From NCBI GenBank assembly GCA_965221955.1, contig CBDCTA010000015.1, forward strand, positions 1 through 22,844: a stretch of 22,844 nt of DNA, read 5' to 3'. The position numbers were made by a program, and so were the translations under genes. The number at the start of each line of letters is the position of its first letter. Position 1 is the first letter of the stretch. This stretch comes from Gammaproteobacteria bacterium (GTDB lineage: Bacteria > Pseudomonadota > Gammaproteobacteria > UBA4575). Of this stretch, positions 1-7,586 are shown piece by piece. The notes beneath the pieces are model-generated. The model saw only the letters and a list, made by a program, of their open reading frames with translations, was not told where the DNA came from and did not search any database.

Positions 1-610
1 CGTGTTGCGATAGGTGAAATTATTCTCCAGACCTCTTGATCCTTCATCTTTATAGGACGGCCTAGGACCTGCCTCACCGACCCAGTATGCATTCGCAGCT
101 GGTGGAACAGTGAACCCTAAGTGCTTTAATCCATATAAAATACTCATTGCACAGTGTGTACCTCAATCTTCATTTCCTGTAATTAAACTCCCGGTAACTT
201 TTCCATAGTATACATACTGCCCATTATCACTTTTGTCGCCTGAATTTGCGTATAGTCTTTCAAATAATTTTGTGAAATTGAAGATTTTTTTCCTAACCAA
301 ATAGATGTCGTTATAAGTAGAATATTTGAAGCTTTAACTTTCTTGTATAATTCAGGCTAGTCATCTTTTTTGCACCCTTCCTGCGTCATATCTGGTAAGA
401 CACCATAGGCGATGTCATAGTCAATGGGTCTTAAAACCTCTACATTAATGTCAACTTTTGCATAATCTCTTTAAACATATCAATTAAGCCATCCGTATGA
501 GACAAGTCAGAAGATTTATTTAATGTGCAATTTAAAAATAGAGCTTTTAAATTTGAAAATTCTTTACTATTTGAGTCACATACTGCTTTTTGTTTGACTA
601 GTAATGTCAA
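1..610 (-). pseudogene. Degraded flavodoxin-family / NADPH-dependent FMN reductase-like gene (3' end runs off the window)
   Basis: Manual minus-strand translation from TTG at 610 gives LKALFLNCTLNKSSDLSHTDGL...VEVLRPIDYDIAYGVLPDM...IWLGKKSS...ERLYANSG...QYVYYGKV..LITGNED*GTHCAMSILYGLKHLGFTVPPAANAYWVGEAGPRPSY...NNFTYRNT, which I recognise as the multimeric flavodoxin (WrbA-like) family. It has two frameshifts (~456-459, ~275) and two in-frame stops (TAG 357-359, TGA 163-165). Absent from the ORF track. Confidence 0.85.
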
Positions 611-905
611 TTCTTTCAATTCGATTTATAAGTTCCAGATTTTTTTGGGCTCAAATTATTAAATCTGAAGTTCTATGATTTATTTAAAGAGAAAGAGCAG
701 CAATTAGAAACTAAGAATTAACTATTCTTACATTAACAATAAATAAAATATCCTAGATTGGTATCAGTCTCTAGCTGGTCCTTATACGTTGTTTCAACAT
801 TTAAAATAATTCTTCTAAACTATAATTCAGCATAAATAATGACAAAGATACTGTAAATTTTTCAAAAAGTTTAAACAAGTTCAGAAGTCTGTAAACCTTA
901 TTTTA

Positions 906-1679
906 TTATGCTGCCTTAAAAGTTCGTGTTTTCTTGTTTTGTTTGGTGTTATTTTTAGCTTTTTTTCTTTTGACTCGCTTAGATTTTGGTTTGATTGCTG
1001 TTGCATTTGAGGGAAGTGTTCTCATGCGAGCACCAACACCACCGGCGCCAATATAAAATCCATTTTCAACGAGCTCGATTCCAGCATTTTTCAAATTACT
1101 TTTAATGCTTTTTAGTAGATTCGGTTCGAGTATCGTATTATTGTTTGACTGTTCGATTTGTTTTAGCAGGTTAGATTCTATTCCAATTAGTTCGGCGAAC
1201 TCTAATTCCGTGAGATTTAAGAGAGCGCGAGATGCACGTATCTGTAAGCTAAAGTCTACTTTACTTCTTGTATTTATATTACTTTTATTGCTACGTCCAT
1301 AATATTTTATCCATTGCTTCTCATACATTTTCATCGCTTTTTCATATTGGCGCTTATCAGCGCTAATTCTTTTAAATTCGGCTTTAGCTTCCTTTAAATT
1401 TTCTTTAATACGCTTCACTCTGGCTTTTTTTGTGTTGATTTGCCTAGAAAGATTCTCATGTTTTTTTATTGTTGGTAGTGCTCGCTTCTTAATACTACTG
1501 TTTTTATTAGCTTTCTTTTTAGCTATAAGAACACGCTCTTTGCTAGATTTAAACGAAGCTTGAAGTTTTTGTAAGTCTCGGGATTCATCAGTCAGTACTT
1601 TTTCTAATGTATGCACCTTTTTTTCAGTCGTTTTTAAAGAATTATTATACTTGTTTGATTGATTAGACAAATTTTTCAT
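906..1679 (-). CDS. XRE-family HTH protein with long Lys-rich coiled-coil N-terminus and basic C-terminal tail
   Basis: 257-aa ORF. The segment QIRASRALLNLTELEFAELIGIESNLLKQIE...LKNAGIELVENG...GGVGARMR matches the small XRE regulator pattern QIRAARALL...AGVEF...GGPGVRLR. The flanks are very K/R-rich. Confidence 0.7.
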   Translation of the reverse strand: MKNLSNQSNKYNNSLKTTEKKVHTLEKVLTDESRDLQKLQASFKSSKERVLIAKKKANKNSSIKKRALPTIKKHENLSRQINTKKARVKRIKENLKEAKAEFKRISADKRQYEKAMKMYEKQWIKYYGRSNKSNINTRSKVDFSLQIRASRALLNLTELEFAELIGIESNLLKQIEQSNNNTILEPNLLKSIKSNLKNAGIELVENGFYIGAGGVGARMRTLPSNATAIKPKSKRVKRKKAKNNTKQNKKTRTFKAA

Positions 1680-1762
1680 AGATAAATGATATACGATAGT
1701 TATTATATAGATGTATTATAACATATAATATTGCACAATATTAGTTTGAATAATACTAAATT

Positions 1763-1776
1763 ATATGCTAGCATAT
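1763..1776. promoter_or_regulatory. Perfect 14-bp palindrome ATATGCTAGCATAT, candidate operator (MarR or XRE)
   Basis: Perfect palindrome 35 bp upstream of the 1812 start, in the divergent region between the XRE gene and the gene pair ending in MarR. The binding protein is inferred only. Confidence 0.35.
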
Positions 1777-1811
1777 GGTTTGATTAGTAATAAAAGGAAA
1801 TCTAAAACATA

Positions 1812-2471
1812 ATGCAGCTATTTAATGTACAAAACGTATGTAAAATGCTTAATAAATCTGCACCATACGCGTTATTATTTGAACCATCACATGACAATAC
1901 TGAAGAAAGAGTTAAAAAGTTCATCGATAAATTCGCTGAGCAACATCAGTTAGAGACATCCCCTATTACTCCAAGAGTTTGGTCTTTTTCACACAAGTCT
2001 TATGGTCACTTAAATGACGGTGTGATCGAGGTAGATTTTGAATCAACTCCACCAATGTTTAGTTTTACTGATGTATCAGAGGCAAAAATTACAAACAATA
2101 GTCCTGACATAGATAATGCAGTTTCAATCGCTAAAGATATGATTGAGCATGTAAAACTTGAATATATTGATAGTCTAAAAGAATTGCTTAACCACTTTAA
2201 TTTAAGCACAAAAAATTTATCTAAAGTGCATGATCACTTTGATAAAGAGAACTCTGAAGAAACAGTTTCTTCTAATGATCATATGGAATATGACCTAGAT
2301 ACAGAACTAAAAAATCTGCAAACTAAATACCACGTTGCGATGGATAAGTTGCAAGAAGTTCAAAATTATACTGGACATAATTATGATACTTTAAAGGCTC
2401 AGGTCGATATTTCATTAGCTAGCCTTGAAAACTCAATTAAGGATGCTCAAGCTAAAGTGAGCAATCATTAA
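1812..2471 (+). CDS. Hypothetical two-domain protein (N-terminal domain paralogous to 16332..16643; C-terminal coiled coil similar to 3051..3335)
   Basis: 219-aa ORF with AAGGA RBS upstream. Manual alignments to two other ORFs in the window (see findings). Confidence 0.85.
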   Translation: MQLFNVQNVCKMLNKSAPYALLFEPSHDNTEERVKKFIDKFAEQHQLETSPITPRVWSFSHKSYGHLNDGVIEVDFESTPPMFSFTDVSEAKITNNSPDIDNAVSIAKDMIEHVKLEYIDSLKELLNHFNLSTKNLSKVHDHFDKENSEETVSSNDHMEYDLDTELKNLQTKYHVAMDKLQEVQNYTGHNYDTLKAQVDISLASLENSIKDAQAKVSNH

Positions 2472-2529
2472 TATACTCTATGATGAGTAACATTCTATCT
2501 TGGTTGTAAATTAAAGCTATGCACTAAAA

Positions 2530-2970
2530 ATGAACCTTGAGCGAAAATCTAGAGAAAAGGAAGTAATGGTTTCGCTCAGAGTAATTTCACAATATATTCA
2601 ACGTTATTCTAAAATTTTACAAAGAGATTTTGGTTTGAGTACATCACAATTGAGTGCCTTATGGATCGTGAAAGACTCTGAGACTGTCCGTGTCACAGAC
2701 ATCGCCAAAGAGTTATCTCTACATCTCTCAACAACTAGTAATATGCTAGATGTTTTAGAGGAAAGAAAGCTCATAAAACGAGTGCGTGAAAGCAAAGATA
2801 TGCGAGCTGTATTTATACGTCTGACCAAAAAAGGCGAAATTGTTTTAACTAAAACTCCTCATCCCTCAGACGGGAAACTTGCTAAAGCTCTGAGTGCGAT
2901 GAGCGATAAGGAAATAAATTCATTAAATTATAACTATAAAAAGCTAATTCGTGTATTACAAGAAGATTAG
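2530..2970 (+). CDS. MarR-family transcriptional regulator
   Basis: 146 aa. GLSTSQLSALW, winged-helix motif IAKELSLHLSTTSNMLDVLEERKLIKR and DMRAVFIRLTKKG (DxR..LT.KG). Confidence 0.93.
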   Translation: MNLERKSREKEVMVSLRVISQYIQRYSKILQRDFGLSTSQLSALWIVKDSETVRVTDIAKELSLHLSTTSNMLDVLEERKLIKRVRESKDMRAVFIRLTKKGEIVLTKTPHPSDGKLAKALSAMSDKEINSLNYNYKKLIRVLQED

Positions 2971-3050
2971 TTCAGAATTATTCATTTTAGTTCACAAGTT
3001 AGACTTAAGTACAATAATATCGTTATTTAAATCGCCTAATAATGAATTAT

Positions 3051-3335
3051 TTAAAAATGCTTCTTTGCATTTTCATAAGCTTCTTTCAAGCTTACTAGAC
3101 TATTCTCGAAACCAATCTTCATTTCCTCCCATGCACCTTCTGAGGAGGTTTCTAGCTCAGATAACTTAATTTTAGCTTGTTCTGTTTTTAACTTAAGACT
3201 AGAGAGTTGCTCATCATATTTTGCTTTAAGTTCGTTGCTAGTAGATTGTGCTTTTACTTCAAATGTTGCCATTTGTTCATTTAAAGAACCTAGTTTGCTT
3301 TTCAAATCTTCAATGTATTTATTTCGATCACTCAT
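3051..3335 (-). CDS. Small coiled-coil stress protein (sll1863-like family)
   Basis: Start moved to ATG at 3335, which follows a strong RBS (AGGAGGG), giving 94 aa. Pattern YIEDLKSKL...KYDEQLSSL...KLSELETSSEGAWEEMKIGFENSLVSLKEAYENAKKHF is typical of this family. Confidence 0.8.
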   Translation of the reverse strand: MSDRNKYIEDLKSKLGSLNEQMATFEVKAQSTSNELKAKYDEQLSSLKLKTEQAKIKLSELETSSEGAWEEMKIGFENSLVSLKEAYENAKKHF

Positions 3336-3456
3336 GTTCCCTCCTAACGTATTGCTAATGTAATCCAATATAACTAGGTAAAAATTATATCTATCAAGTA
3401 ATAAGACTAATCACATGTTACATATGTCAATCTTCTCATAGTTTATTGTCTTTAAA

Positions 3457-3471
3457 TTGTAAGATTTACAA
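3457..3471. promoter_or_regulatory. Palindromic box TTGTAA-GAT-TTACAA (perfect copy)
   Basis: Read directly. Lies between the divergent coiled-coil gene and sodB. One of 8 intergenic copies. Confidence 0.8.
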
Positions 3472-3485
3472 CAATTATCTCTTTA

Positions 3486-3514
3486 TTGTCGAACAATCAA
3501 TCCATTACCATAAT
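3486..3514 (+). promoter_or_regulatory. Candidate sigma70-type promoter for sodB (TTGTCG-17-CATAAT)
   Basis: Near-consensus -35/-10 with a 17-bp spacer, 34 bp upstream of the ATG. AT-rich DNA makes chance matches common. Confidence 0.4.
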
Positions 3515-3548
3515 TACTAAAAGATTCTCTGGAAATAAGGATGGATAG

Positions 3549-4151
3549 ATGAAATTTGAACTTCCACAACTAGACTACCTAGAAAACGCACTTGAGCCAT
3601 ATATTAGTGAGCAAACTGTTGCGATCCACTATCATAAACACCATCAAGGCTATTTAAATAAACTTGAGAAGGCGATAGATGGTACGTCGGATAAAAATAA
3701 AAGTTTAGAAGAATTAATTCAAACTACTAACGGACATGTGTTTAATTGTGCTGCACAAGTTTGGAACCATTCCTTTTACTGGAAATCAATGAGCCCGGAT
3801 AAATTAACTACGCCAATTAGTTCACTAGAGGATAGAATTATAAGTGATTTTGGCTCTCTGAAACATTTTAAAGAAAAATTTTCAAATGCCGCAAAGGGGG
3901 AATTCGGCTCTGGATGGGCATGGTTAATCTATAAAAAGGATGAAAACAAACTGGATATTATTAGTAGTACAGATGCTGAAAACCCCTTGCAGTCTAATGG
4001 TAAACAGATCCCATTGTTAACACTTGATGTATGGGAGCATGCTTATTATCTCGATTATCAAAACGAAAGAGGTAAATATATTGAATCTTATCTGGAACAT
4101 CTAATAAATTGGAAATTCGCAGCAGAGAATTTTATGAAAATAAAAATCTAA
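3549..4151 (+). CDS. sodB: Superoxide dismutase, Fe-type
   Basis: Metal-ligand motifs HYHKHHQGY, WNHSFYW and DVWEHAYY. FNCAAQVWNH and DAENP are Fe-type rather than Mn-type signatures. Confidence 0.93.
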   Translation: MKFELPQLDYLENALEPYISEQTVAIHYHKHHQGYLNKLEKAIDGTSDKNKSLEELIQTTNGHVFNCAAQVWNHSFYWKSMSPDKLTTPISSLEDRIISDFGSLKHFKEKFSNAAKGEFGSGWAWLIYKKDENKLDIISSTDAENPLQSNGKQIPLLTLDVWEHAYYLDYQNERGKYIESYLEHLINWKFAAENFMKIKI

Positions 4152-4158
4152 TTTAAAT

Positions 4159-5560
4159 TTAGTTAATCAATTCCAATCCTAGTACAGGAGCATCAGTTTT
4201 GTTAATTTTTTTCATTAAGTCTTTTAGCGCGGTATAGATAAATTCTTCAACTACAGGGTGGTAAAATGGCATATTTAGAGCTTCTGTTACTGTCATGCCT
4301 TGTGTGATTGACCAAACCAATAAATGGGCAATATGTTCACCTTCTGGGCCTATCATCGTTGCTGCCACGAGTTTGCCAGATTTTTTCTCTGCAAATATTC
4401 TTAGTAAACCTTTATCTTTTCCTGCAATGAGTGGGCGACCAGTTTCTTCAAATTCTGCTTCGCCAACGATATGATCATTGCTTCCAATAATTTTATCTAA
4501 ATCATGACCAATACTAATTATATTCGGGTCAGAAAAAATAATTGAAAAAGGAACTTTCCTGCGGAAAGACTTCGGTTCTGAGGTACATGCATTATAGCCT
4601 GCAATTTTCCCTTCATCAGATGCTTCATGTAAAACAGGACTATATTTATTAACATCTCCAGCAATAAAAATATTCGTATCTTCAATCTGCATTGTTTCTG
4701 GATCAAACTTAGGCATTCCACTTTTATCAATATTTATATGCAGGTTTTGTAAATCTAATTGATCAAGGTTCGGTTTACGTCCTGCGCTAATTAGGGCGAG
4801 TTCAACTTCTACTGAACAAGTTTCATTTGACAATGCTAAACAATCATTACGCTTATTTATAGAAACACTCTGATCAATATACAATTCAAATTCTTTGCCA
4901 AAAATATCTACAGCAATCTGATTGATCTTATTATCTTGTATATTTCCGATGTTTTGACTTCTATTGAATGCATATATATTTACCCCTAATCGATGTAATG
5001 CTTGACCAAGTTCCAAACCAATAGCTCCCATACCAACAACTGCCATAGTTTTTGGTAGAGTCTCGAGTTCAAATATTTCGTCAGTGGTGATTAAATGGTC
5101 TCTAAAGGATTTCCACTCACTGGGAATGATAGGGGCTCGTGCCAGTTGCAATTATAGAACTCTCAAACTCAACCTCTATCTCGTTTACAAGGATATGTTG
5201 TCTATCTATGAATTTTGCATCACCGCCAATGAAATGTTCACCAAGTTTTTTAATATCATCTAATACGAAGCTAACAAAGTAATCACGTAAAGAACGTATA
5301 TGTTTGAGGGCAGAATCAGTATCGATCGAAAGATTTTTATCACCATTTATGCCAAGCCGAGAGAATCCATGCCGACTATGATAAACATTAGAAGTATGTA
5401 GCATAGTTTTTGATGGCATACAGCCCACGCGTGCGCAGGTGGTACCTAGAGCACCACCATCAATTAACAAATATGATTTTCCTGCACGTTTAACCTGTTT
5501 GAGTGCAGACAAGCCCGCAGTACCGGCGCCGATTATTACAACGTCAACTTTTTTTTGCAT
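4159..5560 (-). pseudogene. Dihydrolipoamide dehydrogenase-like pyridine nucleotide-disulfide oxidoreductase, split by a single +1 frameshift (possibly a sequencing error)
   Basis: ORF 5117..5560 has GAGTAG and the redox disulfide GTTCARVGCMPSK. ORF 4159..5151 has GMGAIG, IAGDV and FYHPVVEE. Removing one base from the G4 run at 5132-5135 joins them as IIATGTSPIIPSEWKSFRD. Confidence 0.85.
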
Positions 5561-5753
5561 TTGAAGATATATTGTGACTGTAAATAGATACGAATATATC
5601 GTTTTTTGTAAAGCTAGAGTAGTTGCTAATTTATGAATCTAGAGAATATCTAATTAGATGTACACTTCAACGCTTGTTGATTTAGTGCACGATTATTCAG
5701 GCATGTGCCTGAGGGCTACAACAGTCAAAAATCAACTCAACAATGCTTATTTG

Positions 5754-5939
5754 TCAGGATTTGGCTCTCTCTTTAGCTTCTTCTTTTGCTTTCTCGAGTT
5801 TTTGCATTTCCTCATTTGCTAGATTTTCATGTTTGTCTGCATTCTCTTCAACTTTTCCAGATTCTACAAAATCTTCTGTAGCCTCATTATACTCTTTAGC
5901 TGCTTCTCGGTTACCTTCACCTTGATTATTTTGTGTCAT
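5754..5939 (-). CDS. Small hydrophilic helical hypothetical protein (61 aa)
   Basis: AGGA RBS, starts 15 bp after the receiver gene stop. GEGNREAAKEYNEATEDFVESGKVEE motif with an E/K/A-rich hydrophilin-like composition. Confidence 0.75.
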   Translation of the reverse strand: MTQNNQGEGNREAAKEYNEATEDFVESGKVEENADKHENLANEEMQKLEKAKEEAKERAKS

Positions 5940-5954
5940 GTTTTTCCTTTCACT

Positions 5955-6314
5955 TTAGTTTAAATATGAATTTACAGCGGCATCAATCGTCGCTAACTCG
6001 AATGGTTTCTTAATCACTTCATGAACTGTTAAATCAACTAGTTTCTGATTTAGTTTTTCTGTGTCATGCCCTGTAATAAAAATGATATAAACACTTATAT
6101 TTTTAGTTGTGATAATTTTTACTAAATCAACACCATCTATATCGTCATCTAATTTCCAATCTGTAATGAGTAGTTCTGGGGTGAAATTATCAATAATTTT
6201 GATAGCTTCAATCGCGCTATTTGCACCTACAACTCTATAATTTTTACGTTGAAAATATTTCTGCAACGCGTTTAATGTATTCACATCATCTTCAACAATA
6301 AGTATTTTTTTCAT
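5955..6314 (-). CDS. Single-domain response regulator (receiver only)
   Basis: 119 aa. ILIVEDD, phospho-acceptor LLITD, FITG and KPF. No output domain. Confidence 0.92.
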   Translation of the reverse strand: MKKILIVEDDVNTLNALQKYFQRKNYRVVGANSAIEAIKIIDNFTPELLITDWKLDDDIDGVDLVKIITTKNISVYIIFITGHDTEKLNQKLVDLTVHEVIKKPFELATIDAAVNSYLN

Positions 6315-6413
6315 ATTAAACCTAAGTATTTATGCGAATCGTTTAAGCACGCAATTGTATATATAAGAATACATAACTATTAGATGTCATCTTCTATTTT
6401 TCTTACAAATAGG

Positions 6414-6428
6414 TTGTAAATATTACAA
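6414..6428. promoter_or_regulatory. Palindromic box TTGTAA-ATA-TTACAA (perfect copy)
   Basis: Read directly. Lies 27 bp upstream of a sigma54-type promoter, between the divergent receiver and EF-hand genes. Confidence 0.8.
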
Positions 6429-6455
6429 TTTAATATCATTAAATAATCGATATTA

Positions 6456-6472
6456 TTGGTATCAATGTTGCA
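6456..6472 (+). promoter_or_regulatory. Sigma54 (-24/-12) promoter TTGGTATCAATGTTGCA for the EF-hand gene
   Basis: GG-N10-GC spacing with TTGC, close to the TGGCAC-N5-TTGC consensus, 83 bp upstream of the ATG. Confidence 0.65.
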
Positions 6473-6555
6473 GAACATTCTGTGACTTTGTTGGTAAGTT
6501 AATATTTACTAATTAAATGAATAAAATTTGTTAAAAATGTACGAGGAGAAATGAG

Positions 6556-7137
6556 ATGATAATTAACTTTAATTTAAATCAGATACTTGCAGTACTGATA
6601 ATGACTACATTTTCAGTTACTTCAGCTTTGGCTGATGATGTAGATGCGAAGGTAAAATCTAAAGGTGGTGAACATATAACACCAGAAAAAGTTAACACTA
6701 CGGGTGATTGGGAAGGTAACGTTGATGCAGTCAAGAAACGTGGTGGTCCAGATGGAACCATGCACCCAACTCACAAACAAGTCAGAACGACCGGTTACTG
6801 GGATGGTGAAGTGGATGCTGTAAACAAGCGTGGTGGCCCAATGGTTAGTAGCGAAGACAACGAGTTTGCTGATCTAGATGCTGATGACGATGGCATGATC
6901 AACCAATCTGAGGGCAATGCAGATAGAGGCATTACACGTTACTGGGGTGTGATTGACGCTGATGCTGATGGAAATATTAGCAGAGCTGAATATAAAACTT
7001 ACTACAACAGACGCTATGGTTACCAGCGACCGTTAATGCATCTTGGTGCTGAAGAACGCACAAAGCGCTTTAATGAGCTTGATAAAGATGGAAACGGTGA
7101 GGTTAGCTCAGCAGAATTTTATGATGGCATGATGTAA
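6556..7137 (+). CDS. Secreted EF-hand calcium-binding protein with N-terminal tandem repeats
   Basis: GAGGAG RBS. Signal peptide ending ALA. EF loops DADDDGMINQSE, DADADGNISRAE and DKDGNGEVSSAE. Confidence 0.85.
   Translation: MIINFNLNQILAVLIMTTFSVTSALADDVDAKVKSKGGEHITPEKVNTTGDWEGNVDAVKKRGGPDGTMHPTHKQVRTTGYWDGEVDAVNKRGGPMVSSEDNEFADLDADDDGMINQSEGNADRGITRYWGVIDADADGNISRAEYKTYYNRRYGYQRPLMHLGAEERTKRFNELDKDGNGEVSSAEFYDGMM
6691..6840 (+). repeat. Intragenic 30-aa-period repeat VxTTGxWxGxVDAVxKRGGP (2 copies)
   Basis: 6691-6750 VNTTGDWEGNVDAVKKRGGP and 6781-6840 VRTTGYWDGEVDAVNKRGGP. A partial third copy (VDAKVKSKGG) precedes them. Confidence 0.9.
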
Positions 7138-7163
7138 ATTTAGCCAGTTCATATACATAAAAT

Positions 7164-7193
7164 AAAAAGCGCCTTTTGAAGGCGCTTTTTTTT
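7164..7193. terminator. Bidirectional rho-independent terminator
   Basis: AAAAAGCGCCTT-TTG-AAGGCGCTTTTTTTT between the convergent EF-hand gene and the Pro-rich small ORF. Confidence 0.9.
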
Positions 7194-7217
7194 GTGCATG
7201 TTATTTGAATTATATCT

Positions 7218-7394
7218 TTAGACGATTTTATTTGGTTTAGAAGGATCTGGATCCTCTATAAATGGAGGTGTGGATTTATCCGGCGGCACGCCCGGATGAT
7301 CAGGCGGAATATCGACTGGCTTTCTTGGTTTTTTATCTGGTGGTAAAGGATTTGGTTTGTCTTTATCACCAGAATTATGTTTTTGTAATTTCAT
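7218..7394 (-). CDS. Small proline-rich hypothetical protein (58 aa)
   Basis: Manual translation MKLQKHNSGDKDKPNPLPPDKKPRKPVDIPPDHPGVPPDKSTPPFIEDPDPSKPNKIV. Locally GC-richer than intergenic DNA and ends just before the bidirectional terminator. Not in the ORF track. Confidence 0.6.
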   Translation of the reverse strand: MKLQKHNSGDKDKPNPLPPDKKPRKPVDIPPDHPGVPPDKSTPPFIEDPDPSKPNKIV

Positions 7395-7498
7395 AAATTT
7401 AATCGATCCTGTACTGGTTTATGAGGCATCTAGCATAATACTTAGCGCTATATTATAGCTGTGTAGACTGAATTCTTTTGAAAGTCTTTAGATGATTT

Positions 7499-7513
7499 TT
7501 GTATTTTTTACAA
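7499..7513. promoter_or_regulatory. Palindromic box TTGTAT-TTT-TTACAA (one mismatch)
   Basis: Read directly. Lies between the divergent Pro-rich ORF and mscS. Confidence 0.6.
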
Positions 7514-7586
7514 AATTACCAAATCGTAATTTTTTCATATATCATCAATAAAAGTTCATTAATTATAAAAAGAAGCTAACAAAAGT

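Noticed and set aside
163-359. In-frame TGA/TAG in the flavodoxin gene as selenocysteine, pyrrolysine or an alternative genetic code
   Set aside because: They replace Gly and Trp positions and co-occur with frameshifts, and other genes here use TGA and TAG as normal stops.
3336-3368. Longer starts given by the ORF track (3368 for the coiled-coil gene, 18828 for creA) and the 22167 start for AsmA
   Set aside because: RBS position and signal peptide favour 3335 and 18792. The AsmA frame stays open to the window edge.
5697-5712. Hairpin TCAGGCA-TG-TGCCTGA as an ncRNA or terminator
   Set aside because: Short stem with no clear U-tract. It may end the 61-aa gene transcript but cannot be supported.
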